From a bacterium (lineage in GTDB: Bacteria; Patescibacteriota; Minisyncoccia; Minisyncoccales; CG1-02-41-26), in NCBI GenBank assembly GCA_030648255.1, contig JAUSHZ010000007.1:24404-88403 (forward strand): a DNA stretch of 64,000 nt. Reading direction: 5' to 3'. The notes below the pieces were generated by a model. The model had not been told where the DNA came from and made no database searches. It saw only the letters and a list, made by a program, of their open reading frames with translations. The translations under genes and the position numbers were made by a program. Shown piece after piece: positions 47,623 to 56,261 of the stretch (the stretch's first letter is position 1; the number at the start of each line of letters is the position of its first letter).

Positions 47623-48205
47623 ATATTTTTCCGCCAGAGGCGGATCCGCCTTTGGCGGAGGCGATTTCTTTTATGGCTTCTTTGGCTCTTTTAATTCGAA
47701 CGCCAACCGTGGCTATGGGAATTTTTAACACCTCGGCTATTTCTTGATAAGACAGTTCCTGAAAATAATAAAGTAAAATAACTTCTTTTTGCTTAAAATT
47801 AAGCTCGTTAATAAATTCTTCTATTTTTGGAGGAAATAATTTTTTTTCTGCTTCATTTTCAATATCTTCTTTGTCAATATTATAGCGGGGTAAAAAAACA
47901 TCAAAATCAAATAAAGGCAAGGGCTTTTTCTTTTTTAAATAATTTACAGTTTCATTGTGGGCAATTCTATAAACCCAAGGAGAGAATCTTTGTTTGGTAT
48001 CAAATCCTTTAATATTTTCAAACGCTTTTAAAAAAACATTTTGGGTAATGTCGTTTGGCTCATCTGGACCCTGCACCATTCTTCTAACATATTTTTTTAT
48101 CTTATCTTGATATTTCTCAATCAAAAAACCAAAGGCCTCCACATTGCCCTGCTGAGTCAACAGCGCCAATTGCTCGTCTGTTTTTCCCAAAAACTCCTCC
48201 ATCAT
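47609..48205 (-). CDS. ECF-type RNA polymerase sigma-70 factor
   Basis: regions 2 and 4; start taken at MMEEFLG. Confidence 0.8.
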   Translation of the reverse strand: MMEEFLGKTDEQLALLTQQGNVEAFGFLIEKYQDKIKKYVRRMVQGPDEPNDITQNVFLKAFENIKGFDTKQRFSPWVYRIAHNETVNYLKKKKPLPLFDFDVFLPRYNIDKEDIENEAEKKLFPPKIEEFINELNFKQKEVILLYYFQELSYQEIAEVLKIPIATVGVRIKRAKEAIKEIASAKGGSASGGKIYANK

Positions 48206-48215
48206 ATTATTACAA

Positions 48216-48956
48216 TTAAACACCCTTTTTATTACTAACCCACAACATCTCAAACACCTGCTTTTGCATCTGGCTAAATTCCGCATTTTCAATAACCACG
48301 GCCAAAAACTCTTTTTGCTTGCCCGATACCATTATAACTTTTTCATTATAAATAAACATTGTAGCTGAAAAAGAAAATTCTTTTGGTAAAAACCTAATTT
48401 CTCTCAAGCCCTTTTTCCCTTCGCTGACTCTTGCTTGAACTGATGGTGTCTCAAAGTCCAGCCAACGCAAAAAAACGCCTTGCTTTATTCGTTTTTGTGT
48501 CCAGCTTTCTTCGTATTGCTCGTCAATATGTTTTTTAAAATTTTCATAAGAAGCAATCCCGAGTAATTCTTTTGGCTTTTCTTTTAAGATGTTTCCATAA
48601 ACTGCTAAATAGCCTTCTTGCCCCTCAAAAAATCTCACTTTGGGCTTGTTGCCTGTTATGTTGTAAATCGATTTTAACTCTGGCAAGGACTCTTTAAACA
48701 TTTGAGCTCGCCTGTCTGCTATTTGCCCCAAAATTTCCGGGCTTTCAGCCACTAAGAATGTTTTAGCTCCTTTTTTAATTTGGCTAATAATGCCCTTTTC
48801 TTTTAAGCCATCGATGGCCGTATAAACAGTGGTGCGCCTAACCCCCGACTTTTTGCCCAATTCTTGCACTGTGGCCTGACCTAATTCCAAGGCCGCTAAA
48901 TAAACCTTTGTTTCATTGTCGCTCAAACCTAATTGTTTTAATGTTTCTATTGACAT
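48216..48956 (-). CDS. TrmB-family transcriptional regulator
   Basis: N-terminal winged HTH. Confidence 0.65.
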   Translation of the reverse strand: MSIETLKQLGLSDNETKVYLAALELGQATVQELGKKSGVRRTTVYTAIDGLKEKGIISQIKKGAKTFLVAESPEILGQIADRRAQMFKESLPELKSIYNITGNKPKVRFFEGQEGYLAVYGNILKEKPKELLGIASYENFKKHIDEQYEESWTQKRIKQGVFLRWLDFETPSVQARVSEGKKGLREIRFLPKEFSFSATMFIYNEKVIMVSGKQKEFLAVVIENAEFSQMQKQVFEMLWVSNKKGV

Positions 48957-49115
48957 ATTTTTTTATTATATTATAATTATATTAGAGCTGGCAATAATAG
49001 CTTTTAGGAGACCACGAGGGTACCCTCCGCGCATGTGGAGGTCTTAATACTTGTGGTAAATCCTAGGAGACGCCACTCTATAAAAATCATCTCTTTTGAG
49101 GTGTTTTTTATTATT

Positions 49116-49784
49116 TTATTTTTTGTTAAATTCTTTCCAATAATCTTTAAATAATTCTTGTGAAGCAATAATATTACTGTGTAAAATTTCATAAAACTTT
49201 TTTCCAAATGGTCGGTTAGTGTAATAGCGATATAATGCCCCGCAAATCCAGTCGGCAATTTGTATATTAGAATCAGTTGCAGAATCAACAGTATTTACAT
49301 AAACGCTCGCTTTTTTAGATAGTTGCAAGATAATATGCAAACGCAAGTTTTCTTTAAATTCTTTTTGTGAAACTTTTTTCAAACTTCTATGGTCTAAATT
49401 AAGAATAATTTGTGGCTCTGCGTTAGGAAAAATAATATCAAGAGTTTTAGCTATTATCTCAGTATAAAGACGGCCCGACTCAACAGCGCTTTTTCTTCTA
49501 AATTCCAAAGGAATATTTTCTGATTTTAGAAAAGAATAAAAAATACGGATATTTTGTTGAGCTAAATATAATAGTGTTTCAGCGCGCAATTTATCAGTTA
49601 AACGAGCATCGGTGAACTTAACTTCCCTGCGGAATTTAAGTTTTTTGTTAGCAAATTTTGCGTCTTGCCACTTGCGAAACGCTTTGGCAGTGGTTCGTTG
49701 ATTGCCAATAATAAACCCGCCGACTATGAAAAGTTTTTCTTTATCACCTTGAAAATTACCAGATTCATCAATAAAAATATACAT
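49116..49784 (-). CDS. DUF3800 family protein
   Basis: MYIFIDESGNF hallmark. Confidence 0.65.
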   Translation of the reverse strand: MYIFIDESGNFQGDKEKLFIVGGFIIGNQRTTAKAFRKWQDAKFANKKLKFRREVKFTDARLTDKLRAETLLYLAQQNIRIFYSFLKSENIPLEFRRKSAVESGRLYTEIIAKTLDIIFPNAEPQIILNLDHRSLKKVSQKEFKENLRLHIILQLSKKASVYVNTVDSATDSNIQIADWICGALYRYYTNRPFGKKFYEILHSNIIASQELFKDYWKEFNKK

Positions 49785-50040
49785 GCTATTAAGTAAATGT
49801 TGTCAGTTATGTCGACAAAACTAATCCACAAACTCATTATAATACTAATTAAAAACCTGTCAACCCCTTTTATTAACAGCATACAGCTAATATATCCAAA
49901 ACCCATATTTTGCCAAAAAACTTGTCAAACCCCTTGACAAGTTTTAAGGTATATGCTATCTAAAAATAAAAGACGAGCGCGTTCCAACTCAACTGCCCCA
50001 CCCAAGACATACAAGGAGATAGAAAATTAATAATAACAAA

Positions 50041-50286
50041 ATGTTAGTAATCTGTTGCGATAGCCACAGGGACTGGACAGAAAAAAGTCTGTCTAGGATT
50101 TATCCTCAGATAGAAAAAAAAGAGATCCTTTCCATACACAACGAAGAGTTACATCAACTTCCCGATGACGGGAAAGTTAATGTGATACTCATAGTATGCC
50201 ACGACCTGTTCCATATTATTGAGTTGTTAAGGAAACGTTACAAAAAAACTGCTGTAATAAAAATCGGGGAGAGAATACCCGACTAG
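50041..50286 (+). CDS. small hypothetical protein
   Basis: ORF only. Confidence 0.3.
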   Translation: MLVICCDSHRDWTEKSLSRIYPQIEKKEILSIHNEELHQLPDDGKVNVILIVCHDLFHIIELLRKRYKKTAVIKIGERIPD

Positions 50287-50351
50287 TGACATGAGGCAAC
50301 GCATAAGCTCACAGAATACTAATCTGTGGGCTTTTCATTTATTTTTTAATC

Positions 50352-51041
50352 TTATTTCTGTAAGTAAGCTAACCAATAATTTCTTTTATAGCTTTGGTTT
50401 TGAAATTTCGCATAGCCGGATTTTTTAATCAATTTTTCAATTTTAAAATACTTTCCATAAAATTCTTTAAAATCCTTTTCACTAAAAACTCTTTCCATCA
50501 AATCTAGTTCTTTAATAATGTAAGTATCGTATTCTTTCCCAGGGGAAAGTTTTAATAAATTTTTTGCGTTTTTATCACCATCTTTGCACAGCCCTCTTAT
50601 AAATAAGTATCCGCCTTTTTTAAGTGTGCGATAAACCTCCTTAATATAAATATCTCTTTCTTTTTCGTTTAACGAGTTTGACGAAGTTATGTCCAAAACT
50701 AAATCAAAATAATTATCAGCAAACGGATAGCTTTCCCCCATATCTCCAACAACATAGCTTACTTTATCGCCAATCTGCATTTCATTGGCTCGGTTTTTTG
50801 CTATATCAATTGCTGTTTTTGAAATGTCCACACCAACAACCGTGTTGCCAAGCGAGGCCAAATAATTAGAATTTCTGCCTGTTCCACATCCCAAATCTAA
50901 AACACTCAAGCCATTCAATTCAACCTTCTCCTCTTTTTTTAAATATCTTAAAAACCGCAAAACATCCTTTTGAGGTTCTGGCTTTTTAGTTACCAGTTTA
51001 GAGTTTCTATATTCGTTTTCCCAAACTTGAATTTGAGCCAC
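50352..51041 (-). CDS. class I SAM-dependent methyltransferase
   Basis: VLDLGCGTGRN. Confidence 0.8.
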   Translation of the reverse strand: MAQIQVWENEYRNSKLVTKKPEPQKDVLRFLRYLKKEEKVELNGLSVLDLGCGTGRNSNYLASLGNTVVGVDISKTAIDIAKNRANEMQIGDKVSYVVGDMGESYPFADNYFDLVLDITSSNSLNEKERDIYIKEVYRTLKKGGYLFIRGLCKDGDKNAKNLLKLSPGKEYDTYIIKELDLMERVFSEKDFKEFYGKYFKIEKLIKKSGYAKFQNQSYKRNYWLAYLQK

Positions 51042-51049
51042 AAATTTGA

Positions 51050-51382
51050 TTACTTTACTCTCGCCCCATTAGGGACTTTTTTATCGGGCTGTAATAAAAT
51101 TGGAACGCCAGCTTCATTAGCCGCCAATAACATCCCTTGGCTTTCTTGGCCCATTAAAGTTTTTGGCTCCAAGTTAGCCACAATAATAATTTGCTTGCCA
51201 ACCAAATCTTCTGGCGTATAGACCAAGCCAATGCCAGCCACAATTTGGCGCTGGCCCATTTCCACACCCAAATCAATTTGCAACTTTACCAGTTTATCAG
51301 AGCCCTCCACTTTTTCAGCTTGCAAAATAGTGGCTACCCGCAAATCGGTTTCTTTAAATTTTTCGAAAGTTATATTTTCCAT
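51050..51382 (-). CDS. tRNA-binding domain protein (CsaA / MetRS C-terminal-like)
   Basis: 110 aa OB fold, DLRV...IVANL. Confidence 0.7.
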   Translation of the reverse strand: MENITFEKFKETDLRVATILQAEKVEGSDKLVKLQIDLGVEMGQRQIVAGIGLVYTPEDLVGKQIIIVANLEPKTLMGQESQGMLLAANEAGVPILLQPDKKVPNGARVK

Positions 51383-51386
51383 AAAA

Positions 51387-52160
51387 TTAGATAATAAAAA
51401 TTAAAAATATTATAGCTAATATAATTCTATAAACCCCAAAGCCAATAAAGCTATACTTTTGGATAAACTTAATTAAAAATTTGATTGAAAACAAAGCCAC
51501 CACAAAAGAAACTAAAATGCCAACAAGCAACACCCAAACCTGATTGGCAGAAAAGCTGGCTCCTGATTTTAACAAATCATATCCTGTGGCTGCTATCATT
51601 GTTGGCACAGCCAAAAGAAAAGAAAACTCCACAATGGCTTTCCTTGAAATATTGCTTAAAAGCCCCCCCATAATAGTGGCTCCGCTTCTGGAAACCCCAG
51701 GAATCATAGCCAATGATTGAAAACACCCAATTAAAAAGCATTTTTTAAAAGGAATGTTTAATGGCTCGTCAATAAGGTTTTCTTTTTGCTTGGACTTAAA
51801 AAATAATTCAAGCAAAATTAAGGCCACCCCACCCAAAAGCAAAGCCCACAAAACAATTGCTTCGCTATTTAATAAATAACCCTTGATTATCTTATAAAGC
51901 AAAAACCCTAAAATAGCGGTGGGTAAAAAGGCCACAAAAAGCCGCTTTAAAATTTCTTTGTTTAAAAATGCTTTCCAGTACAAAGCCACCACCGACAAAA
52001 TTGCCCCCCCCTGTATGGCGATTTCAAAAGTTTTAGCAAAATCGGTTTGTGAAAGGCCTAAAATTTTATTGGCTAAAATTAAATGCCCAGTGGAAGAAAT
52101 TGGTAAAAATTCAGTTATGCCTTCAACCACCCCCAAAATAATTGTTTGTAAAATATCCAT
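51387..52160 (-). CDS. uppP: undecaprenyl-diphosphatase
   Basis: PGVSRSGATI. Confidence 0.88.
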   Translation of the reverse strand: MDILQTIILGVVEGITEFLPISSTGHLILANKILGLSQTDFAKTFEIAIQGGAILSVVALYWKAFLNKEILKRLFVAFLPTAILGFLLYKIIKGYLLNSEAIVLWALLLGGVALILLELFFKSKQKENLIDEPLNIPFKKCFLIGCFQSLAMIPGVSRSGATIMGGLLSNISRKAIVEFSFLLAVPTMIAATGYDLLKSGASFSANQVWVLLVGILVSFVVALFSIKFLIKFIQKYSFIGFGVYRIILAIIFLIFII

Positions 52161-52180
52161 TCGAACATTATAATATAAAT

Positions 52181-53167
52181 ATGATTATTGAACAATTAAA
52201 ACAAAGCGGGCTTTTGGGCAGAAGTGGCAGTAATTTTCCTGTTTGGAAAAAATGGGAAGCAGTAAAAAATATTTCTGCGGATAAAAAATTTGTAATATGT
52301 AATGCTTCAGAAGGTGAACCTGAGGTTTTCAAAGACGCATTTATTTTAGAAAATTATTTACCCGAAGTTATTGATGGCGTAAAAATCGCTTTGCAAGAAA
52401 TTGGCGCCTCAACCGCCTATATTTATTTAAATAAAAATTTTTATTTAAAATACAAAAATAAACTTTTACAACTAATAGAAAATTCACCTATTGAGCTTTT
52501 TGAAAAACCATCCGGATATTTAGCGGGAGAAGAAACTGCAATTTTAAGCACTATTGAAGGCAGAAGAGTAGAGCCAAGAATAAAACCACCATTCCCGACG
52601 GAAAAAGGTTTGTGGGGGAAACCCACTTTAATAAATAATGTGGAAACATTTTATTGGGTAAACAAAATCGCCAAGGGAGAATACAGTCATAATCGTTTTT
52701 ACTGCATCAGCGGAGATACTCCAAATCCAGGTGTTTATGAACTGCCAGAAACTTTTACTATTAAACAGACATTGGAGCGAACTACTAACTATCAACTACC
52801 AGCTACTAACTATTTTTATCAAATTGGGGGAGGAGCAGTTGGTGAAATTCTATTAGACACCGAACTAAGCCAACCTATTAAGGGGTTGGCTTCTATTATT
52901 ATTTTTAATAAAGAAAAAGAAAACCCGATTGATTTAATGAAAAATTGGGTTCAATTTTTGATGTTGCAAAACTGCGACCAATGCGCTCCCTGCCGAGAAG
53001 GGCTTTACCGCATAAACGAAATCCTCCAGCAAATTAAAGAAAAACCAACAGAAGAACAGCTTAAAACTTTATCAGACATTTTTGATGTTTTGGAAAAGTC
53101 TTCGCTTTGCCCTTTCGGCCACACTGCCTACCTGCCATTTAAAACAGCAATAGAAAAACTCACTTGA
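52181..53167 (+). CDS. NuoF-like NAD(P)H-binding flavoprotein/4Fe-4S subunit (hydrogenase diaphorase-type)
   Basis: GRSGSNFPVWKKWE; CDQCAPCREG. Confidence 0.75.
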   Translation: MIIEQLKQSGLLGRSGSNFPVWKKWEAVKNISADKKFVICNASEGEPEVFKDAFILENYLPEVIDGVKIALQEIGASTAYIYLNKNFYLKYKNKLLQLIENSPIELFEKPSGYLAGEETAILSTIEGRRVEPRIKPPFPTEKGLWGKPTLINNVETFYWVNKIAKGEYSHNRFYCISGDTPNPGVYELPETFTIKQTLERTTNYQLPATNYFYQIGGGAVGEILLDTELSQPIKGLASIIIFNKEKENPIDLMKNWVQFLMLQNCDQCAPCREGLYRINEILQQIKEKPTEEQLKTLSDIFDVLEKSSLCPFGHTAYLPFKTAIEKLT

Positions 53168-53230
53168 GACCCGACCTCCAAAAATCTGAGCCCCAGTTTT
53201 GGGGAGGTCGGGTCTCGGTCAGCTTTATTT

Positions 53231-54922
53231 ATGATTCAAATAACCATTAACAACAAAAAAATAGAAACCGAAAAAGACAAAACTATTTTAGAAATTGCCA
53301 GAGAAAATAATATTTACATTCCCACTCTTTGCTTTCACTCGGATTTAACTGCCCATGCTTCGTGCCGGCTTTGTTTGGTTAGTATTAAGGGCATTAACAA
53401 CCCCCAAACTGCTTGTTCAACAATAGTTGAAAATGGAATGGAAATTGAAACTGAAAATCCAGAAATTGCTAAATTGCGAAAAACTAACCTTGAACTTTTA
53501 TTCGCCCAGCACAAAGAAGAATGCTCGGACTGCGTTTTATTATATAACTGCCAATTTTTAAAATTAGCCAAAGAACTAAATGCTAACATTTCAAGGTTTT
53601 CTGACCGCAAAAAAGATTTTCCTGCCATAGAGTTTGGTCCTAGCGTAGTTTTTGATTCTTCAAAATGTATTGACTGTCGCAATTGTGTTGAAGTTTGCCA
53701 AAATCAAGCTGTTGGTTATTTAGAAGTGGGAGGGAAAGACAGTTTTTACCAAATAACTCCCTCACCCACCAAATCCTGCATTTATTGTGGCCAATGCATT
53801 GCTCATTGCCCAGTTGGCGCTTTTGAAGCAAAAAGCGAATTTGAACAAATCGAGGAACCTTTAAATAATAAAAATAAGATTCTGGTTTTCCAATTTGCTC
53901 CCTCAATTAGAAGCTCAATTGGGGAAGAGTTTGAAATGCCCCATGGCACCATTGTAACCGAACAATTAGTTGGCGCTATTAAACAGCTTGGGGCTGATTA
54001 TGTTTTTGATGTTTCGGTTGGGGCTGACTTTACCACTTTTGAAGAAGCTAAAGAAATAGTGGAAAAATTTAAGTCAAACAAACCCTCTTTGCTAATGTCC
54101 TCTTGCTGCCCTTCTTGGGTAAGGTTTGTGGAAAAATATTATCCAGAATTTATTCCCAATATTGCAACAGCCAAGCCCCCGCACATAATTTTGGGCGGAT
54201 TGATTAAAACTTATTGGGCCTCTTGCGAAAAAATAAGCCCAAAGAAAATTTTTGTGGTTTCCGTGATGCCCTGTGTGGCTAAAAAATATGAGATCGTCAG
54301 GAAAGAAATGCTTTTTAAATACAACGGCACAAGCTATGCGCCGGTTGATTATGTTTTAACCACCAGAGAGTTAGCTTATTTATTAAAAAAACGGGGCATT
54401 GATTTGGCCAAGGCCAAGCCCCAAAAAGCAGACAACCCATTTGGCGATCCGTCGGGTAGCGGTGTTATTTATGGAGCTTCGGGGGGTGTAATGGAATCAG
54501 CTATTAGAACTGCCTTAAAAATTTTAGGAGCTTACAGCGCTCCGAGTGCTGTAAAATCTATAAGAGGTCAAGAAGGAATAAAAGTTAGCCAAGTAGAAAT
54601 AAATGGAAAAATTTTAAATGTGGCAGCTGTTAATGGCACAGGTAATGCTAAAATTATTTTAGAGCAATTAAGGAAAAACCCAGGCCTATATCAATGCGTT
54701 GAAGTAATGGCTTGTCCGGGTGGATGTATTGGCGGGGGCGGACAGCCCTTGCCCAATGATAAAACAATAAGAACTAAAAGAGCTCAAGCTCTTTACGATA
54801 TTGATGAACAAAAAAAAGTGCGCACCGCCTTTGACAATCCTGATTTACAAAAAGTTTATAAAGAATTTCTAAAAAACGAAAAGATAATAAAACAAATATG
54901 CCATACAAAATACTCACTCTAA
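53231..54922 (+). CDS. hydA: [FeFe]-hydrogenase catalytic subunit HydA-like
   Basis: 2Fe-2S + two 4Fe-4S N-term; H-cluster motifs SSCCPSW, MPCVAKKYE, EVMACPGGCIGGGGQP. Confidence 0.85.
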   Translation: MIQITINNKKIETEKDKTILEIARENNIYIPTLCFHSDLTAHASCRLCLVSIKGINNPQTACSTIVENGMEIETENPEIAKLRKTNLELLFAQHKEECSDCVLLYNCQFLKLAKELNANISRFSDRKKDFPAIEFGPSVVFDSSKCIDCRNCVEVCQNQAVGYLEVGGKDSFYQITPSPTKSCIYCGQCIAHCPVGAFEAKSEFEQIEEPLNNKNKILVFQFAPSIRSSIGEEFEMPHGTIVTEQLVGAIKQLGADYVFDVSVGADFTTFEEAKEIVEKFKSNKPSLLMSSCCPSWVRFVEKYYPEFIPNIATAKPPHIILGGLIKTYWASCEKISPKKIFVVSVMPCVAKKYEIVRKEMLFKYNGTSYAPVDYVLTTRELAYLLKKRGIDLAKAKPQKADNPFGDPSGSGVIYGASGGVMESAIRTALKILGAYSAPSAVKSIRGQEGIKVSQVEINGKILNVAAVNGTGNAKIILEQLRKNPGLYQCVEVMACPGGCIGGGGQPLPNDKTIRTKRAQALYDIDEQKKVRTAFDNPDLQKVYKEFLKNEKIIKQICHTKYSL

Positions 54923-55455
54923 ACAAAACAAAAATTCTTTCTCTCATTTATTTCACCGCCCTGCTGGGTGTGTCTATAGTTGCGCCATTGTTTCACTTTC
55001 AGCCAATTACTGGCCCCATTGTTAACGCTTGCTTATTTATTGCCACAGCTATTTTGGGCGTTCAGGCTGGCATTATGCTTGGGCTTTTGCCAAGCTTGGT
55101 TGCTTTATCAGTTGGCACCTTGCCAGCTCCCCTAGCCCCAATGGTGCCTTTCATTATGGCCAGCAACGCTATCATGGTTGTTGTTTTCGCCGAAGCCACC
55201 GAGTGGCTTCGGAGGACGAAGCCACTCGGTGGCTTCCAAAATTCTTTTCGTTTTTTTACAGGCGTTATTTTGGCAAGTGTTTTAAAATTCTTATTTTTAT
55301 TCTCCACCAGCTATATTGTTATTCACTTAATCGCTCAAAAACCAATTGCCCAAAAAGCATCTGTAATGATGTCCTGGCCCCAGCTCACCACCGCCCTCCT
55401 GGGCGGCCTCCTCGCTTTTGCTGTTCTAAAAGTTTTCCACAATCAAAAATCTTGA
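54898..55455 (+). CDS. polytopic membrane protein (ECF-transporter S-component-like)
   Basis: 5-6 TM helices. Confidence 0.45.
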   Translation: MPYKILTLNKTKILSLIYFTALLGVSIVAPLFHFQPITGPIVNACLFIATAILGVQAGIMLGLLPSLVALSVGTLPAPLAPMVPFIMASNAIMVVVFAEATEWLRRTKPLGGFQNSFRFFTGVILASVLKFLFLFSTSYIVIHLIAQKPIAQKASVMMSWPQLTTALLGGLLAFAVLKVFHNQKS

Positions 55456-55480
55456 CATTTTCTTTTAATTTGGTATTATA
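55452..55480 (+). promoter_or_regulatory. sigma70 promoter
   Basis: TTGACA-17-ATTATA. Confidence 0.6.
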
Positions 55481-55486
55481 CGGGCA

Positions 55487-55695
55487 ATAGGCAATGCTCG
55501 CATTACGAGCTATAGTTGCGTGTCAACAAAAGGGACCTTTTGCAAAAACGGTCTTTTTTGTTATAATAAAACCGTGGATCTGGGCCCGTAGTGCATAAAG
55601 TAGCATATTGCCTTTGACACGCAATAAAGGGAGTGCAAGTCTCCCCGGGTCCACACCAAAAATTCTTTCTTTACAGAAAGAATTTTTGATTATTT
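55487..55695 (+). ncRNA. candidate small-RNA locus with second internal promoter (TTGCAA-16-TATAAT at 55540-55567) and 12-bp AU-rich terminator
   Basis: long-range IR ttgcgtgtcaa/ttgacacgcaa; terminator aaaattctttct-ttac-agaaagaatttt + U-rich. Confidence 0.45.
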
Positions 55696-55822
55696 TTATT
55701 TTATTTATTATTTATTAAATTTTTTGCAATAAAAAAGAAGTTTTGTTGTCAGGGAACAAAACCTCTTTATATTTAGTGTTATTTTTAATGAATTTCCCGC
55801 TCCCGACAGCGGAATTTCCTAG

Positions 55823-56119
55823 TTAGTTAAGGGAATATCCTAGCCCGACATTTACCCCTAACTCCGTATATTTTTTGCGAACCACTGACCTGTAGTACTC
55901 GGTCCCTAGGTCAGGTTTCCCCTGAACCCAGTCTGCCATTTTTAAATCGATGGCAGGAAAGGAGACATACATAACCTCTTCGAAAGCCTTGACGGCTTCC
56001 TCGAAGGCAGCGTTTTCTCTATCCGCTTTCCTGTATTCTACCTGTTTGCCCTTATCATAATAGTAAGAGCCGACCATCCAAACGCCAAAAAGCAACAAAA
56101 ATGCAAATAATACGCCCAT
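55823..56119 (-). CDS. small membrane-anchored protein
   Basis: start at MGVLFAFLLL with AGGAAAGGAAG upstream. Confidence 0.4.
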   Translation of the reverse strand: MGVLFAFLLLFGVWMVGSYYYDKGKQVEYRKADRENAAFEEAVKAFEEVMYVSFPAIDLKMADWVQGKPDLGTEYYRSVVRKKYTELGVNVGLGYSLN

Positions 56120-56261
56120 GGTAACTTCCTTTCCTGAGGTGGCACTCCGTGCCAAAAAATGAAAAACGCTTCCGATTTCTCTTATACCATACCACTATAT
56201 TTATAAATTGTCAATATGGCGGGGGTTGCTTGCTGTGCTACAATGATAATACTAAAAAATT

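Noticed and set aside
55029-55490. Alternative-frame ORFs (55029–55490 plus, 55062–55307 minus) over the membrane-protein gene
   Set aside because: The 54898–55455 frame gives coherent TM helices. The others are GC-skew artefacts around the palindrome.
55487-55600. 36-aa ORF (MLALRAIVACQQKGPFAKTVFFVIIKPWIWARSA) in the sRNA locus
   Set aside because: It has no SD and lies between two promoters and a terminator, so a non-coding RNA is more parsimonious.
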